64,000 nucleotides of DNA, from assembly GCA_042408205.1 (NCBI GenBank), contig JBHOQK010000025.1, positions 1,597 to 65,596 of the forward strand, given 5' to 3'. The DNA comes from Dehalococcoidia bacterium (lineage in GTDB: Bacteria > Chloroflexota > Dehalococcoidia > GIF9 > DYGU01). A program made the position numbers and the translations under genes. The notes beneath the pieces are model-generated. The model ran no database searches, was not told the DNA's origin, and was given only the letters and a program-made list of their open reading frames with translations. Of the stretch, positions 45,594 to 53,543 are shown one piece after another (within the stretch, counting starts at the first letter, position 1; the number at the start of each line of letters is the position of its first letter).

Positions 45594-46205
45594 ATGAATC
45601 TAAACTTGATGCGGGAATTAGTCCGGCGCGATTTAAAAGATGAAGACCCCAGTCAATATCGCTTCACTGATGCTGAAATTGACCGAGCCATCCAGAAAGC
45701 GTTAAGGGAGTTTAGCCGCTATTGCCCCAGGGAAATGAAGTCAACCTTGGCGACTACCCCAGGTAGTAGAAATGTCGATATTTCAAGCTTGACTGATAGA
45801 GTTTCCATTGACCTGGTCGAGTATCCGGTAGACAAATATCCGAAGCAATTCCGCAACTTCTCCATTTATCAGGATACTTTAACCTTAGGCAAGCCTTACG
45901 ACCCAGATAAGGCGGATACTGTCCCTGACGGCTCTAATTGCTATATCTATTGGGGTAAGCTCCATACTTTAGATGCCCAAACTTCTACCATCCCATCCCA
46001 GTATGAAGATTTAGTTGCCTTAGGTGCCGCTGCCTATGCCATTATCGCCCATTCCCAGTATTCTACCGAAAGAATAAACCCAGGAGGCAGAGATACGGAT
46101 AGAGACTATTCCTTCTGGGGTAGGGATAGACTAAGGCAGTTTCAGCAAGAGTTAAAGCGGATAGCCAAAAGCCGAAAATTAAAGGTGAGCCGGTTCTATG
46201 AGTGA
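45594..46205 (+). CDS. hypothetical, possible head-tail adaptor
   Basis: Its position after the capsid gene, and an N-terminus (LVRRDLKDED...FTDAEIDRAIQKAL) resembling gp6-like connector proteins. Weak. Confidence 0.3.
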   Translation: MNLNLMRELVRRDLKDEDPSQYRFTDAEIDRAIQKALREFSRYCPREMKSTLATTPGSRNVDISSLTDRVSIDLVEYPVDKYPKQFRNFSIYQDTLTLGKPYDPDKADTVPDGSNCYIYWGKLHTLDAQTSTIPSQYEDLVALGAAAYAIIAHSQYSTERINPGGRDTDRDYSFWGRDRLRQFQQELKRIAKSRKLKVSRFYE

Positions 46206-46434
46206 CATCACCAGGTATACCAGCCACAGGAAGGCTCTGTTGAAAGCCTTTGACAGCACCAGTTACTTAGCCTCTGTCCAGTTAGTTGGTTCCCAAAAAG
46301 CCCTCTTAGTGGGTATCCCAGTAGCTCGAAATATCGCTGCTGCTGAAATGGTCGTGGGTAGATTTGTTGAGGTGACTATGTTTGACCAGAATAACCCTAA
46401 AGATGCTGTAGTCACTGGAGTTTATACCTTTTAA
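46198..46434 (+). CDS. hypothetical small protein (phage-like module)
   Basis: 78-aa ORF overlapping the previous stop by 8 nt. No motif recognised. Confidence 0.35.
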   Translation: MSDITRYTSHRKALLKAFDSTSYLASVQLVGSQKALLVGIPVARNIAAAEMVVGRFVEVTMFDQNNPKDAVVTGVYTF

Positions 46435-46446
46435 TGGAGGTAAAGA

Positions 46447-46794
46447 ATGACTAAAACAAGCCGAGACAAAATTAAAGACGGCTTACCCAAGACTAAAGAC
46501 GGGCTCCCTTACCAGGCTTATGCTATTGTGGGTGATAAAGATGACCCGGAGACGTGGAAACTACCCCATCATACTAAAGCCATTTGGCGAGCCTTAAAAG
46601 GTAAAATCGGGCATTACCGAACTACCGACTGGGATAGGCTTCCCTTAGCCGTCGCCGCTTTATCCCCTGGGGGATACCGGGGTCGACGGGTAGAAGCTAC
46701 CCCAGAGCAAATTCTGGAAGCTGCCCGACATTTAGCCCGTCATTATACTGAAAATGATAAGTCTCTCCCTGATACTTTGTTAGCCTTAATATGA
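46447..46794 (+). CDS. hypothetical protein (phage-like module)
   Basis: 115-aa ORF with SD ggaggt, tightly packed with its neighbours. Confidence 0.4.
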   Translation: MTKTSRDKIKDGLPKTKDGLPYQAYAIVGDKDDPETWKLPHHTKAIWRALKGKIGHYRTTDWDRLPLAVAALSPGGYRGRRVEATPEQILEAARHLARHYTENDKSLPDTLLALI

Positions 46795-47075
46795 TATTAG
46801 AAGAGTTAGTTGCCCAATTAGCCTTAAGGCTCACTGCTTTAGAGCGAGCCTTAAAGGAAAAAGGCTTTATTGATGAAGCTGAAGTTCGTTGTCCCAGTGA
46901 TGTCTCTCTTCCTGAAGACCTGGGGGAAAAAATTAGAGCCTTAAATTGTCCCCAAACCCTGGCACTAATGAGCCAGAAAAGAGAGGATAAACCTTGGGGG
47001 AAGATTGCCGAAATAGAAGCCAGACTAACCACCTTAGAAGCTGAATTAATTAAGAAAGGAGGTGACATAAAATGA
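46791..47075 (+). CDS. hypothetical coiled-coil protein (phage-like module)
   Basis: 94 aa, with 4-nt overlaps to both neighbours. Confidence 0.4.
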   Translation: MILEELVAQLALRLTALERALKEKGFIDEAEVRCPSDVSLPEDLGEKIRALNCPQTLALMSQKREDKPWGKIAEIEARLTTLEAELIKKGGDIK

Positions 47076-47737
47076 TAAACCCCAAAACATCAGAAAAGCC
47101 CTTCTATAAGTCCAAAAAGTTTTGGTATGCAGTAGTCATTGCCGTAGCTGGGATTGCCCGGGAAGCCGGTCTGAATATTCCTATGGAAGCTATTTATGCC
47201 GGTCTTGCCTTAATCTTGGGTCAAGGTCTTGCCGACTTAGGCAAAAACAAGGTGGAAAAAAATGCCTCGCCTGCCCCAGCTTCAGCTGAAGCTTCTCTTT
47301 CCCCTCCGCCATCTCCAGAGGATATACCTCAGCCTGAAACTACTCCTGAAATAAAGCCTGAGGCTCAAATTTTAGAAGAAACAAAAAAGCCTAAGGCTTA
47401 TGAGGAAATGACTCCTTGGGAAGTAGAGCAAGCCCATCTGGCTTATTTTGAGGAGAGGCTTAGGAAAGCCAGAGAATATCTCAGGTTTGTCCAAGACTTA
47501 TATAAAGACATCCCCCAGGGGAGGGAAGAAATTGAGCTTGCCCAAACTATGGTTAAAGACGCCGAACATAGCCTTGAGGTAGAAAAGACGCTTATTGAAG
47601 CTGTCAAAACCGGTAAGGCTTTGCCGGTGTGTGAAGCCCATTACTATATCATCGGCTCTAAACCCCCTTGGAAACAGCCAAAAGGTAAGGAAATCGAATA
47701 TCTGGATTATTACCGTAAGTTAGGTTGGAAAATATAG
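47072..47737 (+). CDS. membrane protein with two N-terminal TM helices, Pro/Ala/Glu linker and C-terminal domain
   Basis: FWYAVVIAVAGIA and AIYAGLALILGQGLA hydrophobic segments, a PAPASAEASLSPPPSPEDIPQPETTPE linker, SD aaggaggtg. Confidence 0.45.
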   Translation: MINPKTSEKPFYKSKKFWYAVVIAVAGIAREAGLNIPMEAIYAGLALILGQGLADLGKNKVEKNASPAPASAEASLSPPPSPEDIPQPETTPEIKPEAQILEETKKPKAYEEMTPWEVEQAHLAYFEERLRKAREYLRFVQDLYKDIPQGREEIELAQTMVKDAEHSLEVEKTLIEAVKTGKALPVCEAHYYIIGSKPPWKQPKGKEIEYLDYYRKLGWKI

Positions 47738-47744
47738 AGGAACT

Positions 47745-48191
47745 ATGGCAGTTTACTCTATAACCTTAAATGCCCAGACCAGAGCTTCTGGTACTACCGA
47801 GCTCACTATTGTTAACCCAGCTAATTCGGGGAGGGCAATAAGAATTCTGGATATCTTCTTTGGCACTGGTGGTACGGCTTCGGCGGCTTCCCGAATAACG
47901 GTGAGAGAGCTTTCTGGCACTGCCGACGGCACTGGTACCCAAGTTACCCCCAGAAATTTAACTATCGGTGGTGCTCCATCCGTAGCTACCGTCAAAAAAG
48001 ACCATACTGCCGAGCCAACTTATGCCAATGTCGAGCCCTTAATAGTATTTGCCTTTAATGATATGGCTTTTGTCCGCTGGGTGGCTATTAGAAATTTGGA
48101 AGAAATTGTCCTTGAGCCCGGGAGAGGTATCGGCTTTAGAAATGAAGCCGGCACTACTGCCTTGTCTATGACCGTTATTTATGAAGAGTAA
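47745..48191 (+). CDS. hypothetical beta-rich protein (phage-like module)
   Basis: 148-aa ORF, tightly packed. No motif recognised. Confidence 0.4.
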   Translation: MAVYSITLNAQTRASGTTELTIVNPANSGRAIRILDIFFGTGGTASAASRITVRELSGTADGTGTQVTPRNLTIGGAPSVATVKKDHTAEPTYANVEPLIVFAFNDMAFVRWVAIRNLEEIVLEPGRGIGFRNEAGTTALSMTVIYEE

Positions 48192-48203
48192 GAAGGGTTA
48201 ACC

Positions 48204-50264
48204 ATGTCTATAAGCCTGTCCGAAAATCTAAACCCAAACCAGCTCACTATCCCCAGAAGGATTAAAGTCCTCTCCGCCCCTCTTCTTAATGAGCAAAGAA
48301 AACACGGCTTAAAAAAGCCCGTCCTTGACGCCCAAATCTATCCTTATTTCGCCGGTGTCCCCAGACTTTGTTGGCAAAAGCTTTATTCCGGTACCGAAGA
48401 AGATGGCTCTATTGCCTTAGCCTTTGATGGACAAGGGAGCTTATACCGGGGAAGGAGCCTCGGCACTAACCCAGCTGTCTACCGCCAGAAAGTAACTAAC
48501 CCAGCCCCGGGTTCTGACTTCTCTAACTGGACACAAGCCTTTTCGGCGAAAGATGGTAAATTCGCCTTATGCGCCCAAGGTGCTGAAATTTGCTTTTTCT
48601 ACTTCAACCCAAGTGATTACAATTATATCTATCAGCATCGCTCCACAAATTACGGGGCTACCTGGACATCATCTAAGATAACTCTCTACCTCACCCCAAA
48701 CTATGCCACTAACTACCTTGCCGCTGACTTTAAGCCAAATGGCGATATCTATCTGTTTAACGCTAACTACCACCCAAACTATACCGGACGGGCAATTGTA
48801 TACGTCCTGAGGCGAATTAATAACCTTTGGGACACCTACCCAACCATAATCCTCGAGTTTGGTCAAGACATTCACACCGGTATCGCCGTTAAATATGACG
48901 GTGACTGGAATTTGCTCATCACCATAAAAAGAGGCAACATCTTCTATCTCTATAAAGTCATTTATGGTGATGGCTATAGGCTACGAGAAGAGCAGACATC
49001 TACCCCAGAAGTAGTCATGTCTATGCCGGCAGGGCAAGGCTATGAGTGGTACCACCCTTTCTTAATCAACCTCCCCCAAGAAAAGCGCCATAGTTTCTTA
49101 ATGTCCTTTTCGGAAAGATATACTGGGCAGGAAGCTATATCACGACCTTTCTTAGCCTATGGGCTTAAAGAAACTGATTTTTACGATACCCTGTGGCGGG
49201 AGCCTCTCCCCTTTAACTGTCATAGCCAATATGGCTTAGCCTTAGCCTGTTTCGGTAATTATGCTTGGGCAGCTACTCCTTCTGGGGTTTGGCGGGCTCC
49301 TATCGTAACTAACCCTATCACTATAACGGAAACGGAAATTCTCAGCTTAGACGAAGATATAACCCAAAACTGGGCTCAGCTTACCCTGGAAATAGACAAT
49401 GCCAAAGGCAGTTACCAGAACCTTAACCGAGGCGATGAAATTAGGCTTAGCGGTGGTTATTATACCAAAGCCGGTAGAGACAAAGTTGAGCTTAATCATT
49501 ATTGGATTGAAAGAATTGAGCACCGAATGACTAACCCCAACCAAAGAACCTTAGTTTTAACTGCCTTAAGCCCGTGGCAACTCCTTGACCAATGGACACC
49601 CCGGCATAGCCTCCGCTGGCAACAAAATACCACCGTTTATCATATCTTAAGGCAAATCCTGGCTAAAGTTGGTATCCCCTTAGATATAGTGTCGGTAAGC
49701 CCAACTTGCCTTGGCTTTATGCCTGATTTTGCCATAAACCCGGGTGATAATGGCTTAAATGCCGTAAAACGGCTCCTATCCTTTGTCCCCGATGTTTTAA
49801 TTTTCTGCCAAGGTAAAGCTTACTTGGTAAACCCAGCTCAAGAAGGTGTCCCAGTCTATGAATATGGTAGTGGTAGCCATCCTATCCTTGAAGTCACTTT
49901 TACCCAAGATACCCCAGAAATAACCCATGTCCAGGTCTTAGGCAGAAGTGACACTACCGATATCATCGTCGAGGACTTTATCTGGGGGGAAATCCAAACT
50001 GGTCTAGACCGCCTTAGCTTTGTCCCAGACCTCAGCCTTACCACTATCCCCCAGGCTAAAGCCAGAGCCCAAGCCATCCTGTCAAAACAGTTAAGTCAAA
50101 GCGTTAAACTCGTTATTCCACCGGATTTCGCCCGAGAACTCTATGACTTAGTCACTATCACTACCCCAGTAATTAAGGCTCAATTCCGCCTTAAAGCCTA
50201 TCAGTTATCTTACCGAGCCCAAACTAATCAGCTCTATGCCATCCTTAGCTTGGCTCAAGGCTAA
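48204..50264 (+). CDS. large tail/baseplate-hub-like protein with N-terminal Asp-box-containing domain
   Basis: 686 aa. An Asp-box (STNYGATW) lies in the N-terminal half. The C-terminal half has a pattern reminiscent of gpD/VgrG-type hubs (LVLTALSPWQLLDQWTPRHSLRWQQNTTVYHILRQILAKVGI). Confidence 0.4.
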   Translation: MSISLSENLNPNQLTIPRRIKVLSAPLLNEQRKHGLKKPVLDAQIYPYFAGVPRLCWQKLYSGTEEDGSIALAFDGQGSLYRGRSLGTNPAVYRQKVTNPAPGSDFSNWTQAFSAKDGKFALCAQGAEICFFYFNPSDYNYIYQHRSTNYGATWTSSKITLYLTPNYATNYLAADFKPNGDIYLFNANYHPNYTGRAIVYVLRRINNLWDTYPTIILEFGQDIHTGIAVKYDGDWNLLITIKRGNIFYLYKVIYGDGYRLREEQTSTPEVVMSMPAGQGYEWYHPFLINLPQEKRHSFLMSFSERYTGQEAISRPFLAYGLKETDFYDTLWREPLPFNCHSQYGLALACFGNYAWAATPSGVWRAPIVTNPITITETEILSLDEDITQNWAQLTLEIDNAKGSYQNLNRGDEIRLSGGYYTKAGRDKVELNHYWIERIEHRMTNPNQRTLVLTALSPWQLLDQWTPRHSLRWQQNTTVYHILRQILAKVGIPLDIVSVSPTCLGFMPDFAINPGDNGLNAVKRLLSFVPDVLIFCQGKAYLVNPAQEGVPVYEYGSGSHPILEVTFTQDTPEITHVQVLGRSDTTDIIVEDFIWGEIQTGLDRLSFVPDLSLTTIPQAKARAQAILSKQLSQSVKLVIPPDFARELYDLVTITTPVIKAQFRLKAYQLSYRAQTNQLYAILSLAQG

Positions 50265-50280
50265 TTTCCTTGGGGATGAG

Positions 50281-50961
50281 TTATTTAGGGGAGATAAGAC
50301 CGTGTTTCATGGCGATAATTACGGCTTGGGTGCGGGCATTGGCATCTAATTTTCTGAGGATAGAAGTGACATGGTTTTTAACTGTCTGTTCACTGATGCC
50401 GAGGGCAAGGGCAATTTGTTTATTTAGGTAACCCTGAGCCATATAATTTAGAACTTCCCTTTCCCGCTGGGTGAGGGGGGAGAGCATGTTTTCTATTCCT
50501 TCCCCCCAAGAGAGGTCTTGAAACTGTTTTATAATCTGCTCGACTACTTTTGGGTAAGCGGAGAGAGTCTCGTTTATCGGATATTCTCCAGCGGCAACTC
50601 TCCTGATAGTGGTTATTAATTCTTCAGGGGGAAGGTCGCGGCTGATATAAGCAGCAGCTCTGGCTTTAATAGCCTGAAATAGCTGGTCGTCTTCAGGCTT
50701 TGGGGTAGTAAGGATAATGCTGATGCTGGGGAGGCGTCGCTTTATCAGGCGGCAGAGGTCTATTCCGGTTAGGGAGGGGAAGTTGATATCGATAATGGCG
50801 ACATCGGGCAAAGTGTTTTCCAGGGAAGCTACGGAGCTTATTTTCACCTCAGCCTCGCCACAGACTTCTATATCTTTGGTCTCTTGGGACAAGGTCTGGC
50901 TTAGTTTTTGGCGGAAGGGAGGTTGCTGGTCTATAAGGAAGACTCTTATTTTTGGTAGCAT
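50281..50961 (-). CDS. LuxR/NarL-family response regulator with atypical receiver
   Basis: Receiver domain plus the C-terminal HTH LTQREREVLNYMAQGYLNKQIALALGISEQTVKNHV. I prefer the start at 50961 (MLPKIRVFLID) because the predicted -10 lies 7 nt upstream of it. Confidence 0.8.
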   Translation of the reverse strand: MLPKIRVFLIDQQPPFRQKLSQTLSQETKDIEVCGEAEVKISSVASLENTLPDVAIIDINFPSLTGIDLCRLIKRRLPSISIILTTPKPEDDQLFQAIKARAAAYISRDLPPEELITTIRRVAAGEYPINETLSAYPKVVEQIIKQFQDLSWGEGIENMLSPLTQREREVLNYMAQGYLNKQIALALGISEQTVKNHVTSILRKLDANARTQAVIIAMKHGLISPK

Positions 50962-50968
50962 CAAATTT

Positions 50969-50997
50969 AGTGTAACAAAGGAAGACAAATAGGTCAA
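50969..50997 (-). promoter_or_regulatory. promoter of the response regulator gene (TTGACC-17-TACACT), leaderless geometry
   Basis: Read on the minus strand. The -10 box ends 7 nt before the ATG at 50961. Confidence 0.5.
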
Positions 50998-51081
50998 ATG
51001 AGGAAGTCCCAGGCTTGGTATCGGGATAGCCAACCCTTTCACCTAAGGCTACAGCGCTGGGGGTTGAGGAAGCTTAGTATC

Positions 51082-51110
51082 TTGACACTAAAGGAGCCAG
51101 TCTATAGAAT
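51082..51110 (+). promoter_or_regulatory. promoter for meaB (TTGACA-17-TAGAAT)
   Basis: Consensus -35 and a good -10, followed by SD aggtgag and the ATG at 51126. Confidence 0.6.
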
Positions 51111-51125
51111 AGGTGAGATTTAGCG

Positions 51126-52097
51126 ATGGTTAGTCCAGGAATAATGAATTTGGTTGAGGAGATGCTTAAGGGGAGTGTTTTGTCTCTGGCTCGGTTGATA
51201 ACGGTGGTGGAGGGGGAGGGGAAGGAAGTCCCGGAGATAATAAGGTCGGTCTATTCCCATTTAGGTAAAGCTTATCGAATTGGAATTACTGGACCACCGG
51301 GGGCGGGGAAGAGCACGGTGGTGGATAAACTGACGGTGTTAATGAGGCAGCAGGGGCATAGGGTAGGCATAATTTGTGCTGACCCTTCCAGTCCCTTTAC
51401 TGGTGGGGCGGTTTTGGGAGACCGGATTCGGATGCAACAGCATTATCTGGATGAAGGGGTTTTTATCCGGAGCATGGCAACTCGGGGGAGTCGTGGGGGT
51501 TTGCCACGGACTGTGGGCAGTGTGATGAAGCTCATGGATGCTTTTGGCATGGACTTGATTTTGGTGGAGACAGTGGGGGTGGGGCAAACGGAGCTGGATA
51601 TTGTGGAAAATGCCGATACCGTAATGGTTATCTTGGTTCCTGAAGCTGGTGATACTATCCAGACCATGAAAGCGGGTCTTATGGAAATTGCTGATATTTT
51701 TGTAGTGAATAAAGCTGACCGACCGGGGGCTGATAATGTGGTGGCGGAACTTAAAGCTATGATAAGGTTGAAACCTGAGCCGGGCTGGTGGTCAATACCA
51801 GTGATAGCCACCGAAGCAGTAAATAATAAGGGTATTGATGAACTTTATAAGCAAATTGAGCAGCATCGGGAAGTAATGGTAGCTACGGGAAAGTTAGCCT
51901 TAAGGCGTCAGGAACAGAGGCGCCGGGAATTTATCCAGATAGTAGAGCAGAAAGTTACTGGAGACCTATTGAAATGGGTGGAGCAGGATGAGCGTTTAGC
52001 CGAGTATATCCGCAAGGTGGAGGCGGGGGAAGTTGACCCCTATTCGGCAGCCGAAGCCATACTTCAGTCTGGTTTCCCTTACCTTGACCTCCCTTAG
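51126..52097 (+). CDS. meaB: methylmalonyl-CoA mutase-associated GTPase (MeaB/ArgK)
   Basis: GPPGAGKST P-loop, VETVGVGQ and NKADR motifs, 323 aa. Confidence 0.9.
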   Translation: MVSPGIMNLVEEMLKGSVLSLARLITVVEGEGKEVPEIIRSVYSHLGKAYRIGITGPPGAGKSTVVDKLTVLMRQQGHRVGIICADPSSPFTGGAVLGDRIRMQQHYLDEGVFIRSMATRGSRGGLPRTVGSVMKLMDAFGMDLILVETVGVGQTELDIVENADTVMVILVPEAGDTIQTMKAGLMEIADIFVVNKADRPGADNVVAELKAMIRLKPEPGWWSIPVIATEAVNNKGIDELYKQIEQHREVMVATGKLALRRQEQRRREFIQIVEQKVTGDLLKWVEQDERLAEYIRKVEAGEVDPYSAAEAILQSGFPYLDLP

Positions 52098-52124
52098 GGA
52101 CGGGAAATCAACGGGAAAAGAAGG

Positions 52125-53543
52125 ATGAGGACTCCCCGAAGTCTGGAGAGGAAGAAATATGATGTAATTATTGTTGGTTGTGGTCCGGCGGGGATATTTG
52201 CTGCTTTGGAGCTGTGTCAGCAAGGGGTTGAGGTTTTGGTGGTGGAGAAGGGAGGGGAGATAGAGCAGCGGGTGTGTCCGGCTCAGGGAAAAAATATTCC
52301 CTGCCCGACGTGTTCTTTATGTCATCAGGTGAGTGGGGTGGGTGGTGCTGGAGCTTTTAGTGATGGCAAATTGACCTTGTCGCCTGAGGTAGGGGGTAGG
52401 CTGGGGGAGTTTATGGCTCAAGATAAGGTTAGGGAGCTGATTGATTATGTCGATAGTCTTTATCTTAAGTTTGGGGCTGAGCCTAAAGTTTATGGGGCTG
52501 GGGAGGAAGTAGCTGAATTACAGAGGCGAGCCACTTTAGCCGAACTAAGATTAATTCCGGTAAAGCTAAGGCATATGGGCACGGAGAGGTCACGGCAGGT
52601 TCTTAAAGCAATGTGGGACTTTGTCTTGCCTAAAGTAGACCTGAAACTAAAGGAAATGGTGGTTAGGATTTTGGTGGAGGGGGGAGTGGTCAAAGGGGTA
52701 GAAACTAATCATGGGGAGATAATGGAATGTAGCTACTTAATTTTAGCTCCGGGTCGGGAAGGGGCTGATTGGTTGGCAAAGGAAGCTAAGCGCCTTGGGC
52801 TTAGTTTACGGTCTAATCCTGTGGATGTGGGGGTGAGGGTAGAGGTGCCGGCGGCTGTCCTTGAGGAGTTGACCTCAGTGATGTATGAGTGTAAGTTAGA
52901 GTTCTTTTCTAAGAGTTTTGATGACCGAATTCGGACTTTCTGCATGTGTCCTCAGGGGGAGGTGATCACGGAGTTAACCGGTGGCGATGACCCGGTAATA
53001 ACGGTTAATGGTAGTAGCTCTATAGAACGGAAGACAGGAAATACTAACTTTGCCATATTAGTTAGCACTACCTTTACCGAGCCTTTTCGGGAGCCGATAG
53101 CCTATGGGAAATATATCGCCCGCTTGGCTAATATTTTAAGTGGTGGTGTCTTGGTGCAGCGTTTAGGCGACTTGATGCAAGGGCACCGGTCAACCTTAAC
53201 TCGAATTCAGTCCAGTATTGTGCAGCCGACGTTAAAGTCGGCGGTGCCCGGAGATTTAAGTTTTGCCTTACCTTTCCGGCATCTGAAAGGTATTGTAGAA
53301 ATGCTTCAAGCAATGGATAAATTAGCTCCTGGGGTGGCTTCCCGGCATACTTTGCTTTATGGGGTGGAGGTTAAGTTTTATTCCAGTCAGCTAAAGCTCA
53401 GTCCGTGTTTGGAGACGGAGATTGGTAATATGTTTGCCTGTGGGGATGGGGCTGGGGTGAGTCGGGGTTTGGTTCAAGCTTCGGCTTCTGGGGTGGTGGT
53501 AGCCCGGGAGATTCTGCGTCGGTTGGGGAAGAAACAAGGTTAA
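52125..53543 (+). CDS. FAD-dependent protein (COG2509-like NAD(FAD)-utilizing dehydrogenase)
   Basis: YDVIIVGCGPAGIFAAL dinucleotide fold, a C-terminal GDGAG motif, 472 aa. Confidence 0.75.
   Translation: MRTPRSLERKKYDVIIVGCGPAGIFAALELCQQGVEVLVVEKGGEIEQRVCPAQGKNIPCPTCSLCHQVSGVGGAGAFSDGKLTLSPEVGGRLGEFMAQDKVRELIDYVDSLYLKFGAEPKVYGAGEEVAELQRRATLAELRLIPVKLRHMGTERSRQVLKAMWDFVLPKVDLKLKEMVVRILVEGGVVKGVETNHGEIMECSYLILAPGREGADWLAKEAKRLGLSLRSNPVDVGVRVEVPAAVLEELTSVMYECKLEFFSKSFDDRIRTFCMCPQGEVITELTGGDDPVITVNGSSSIERKTGNTNFAILVSTTFTEPFREPIAYGKYIARLANILSGGVLVQRLGDLMQGHRSTLTRIQSSIVQPTLKSAVPGDLSFALPFRHLKGIVEMLQAMDKLAPGVASRHTLLYGVEVKFYSSQLKLSPCLETEIGNMFACGDGAGVSRGLVQASASGVVVAREILRRLGKKQG

Noticed and set aside
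24355-50264. Interpreting the phage-like genes as one intact integrated prophage.
   Set aside because: rho, tal, pyrG and host surface or TA genes lie between the two modules. No integrase, att repeats, tRNA target, lysis or replication genes are visible.
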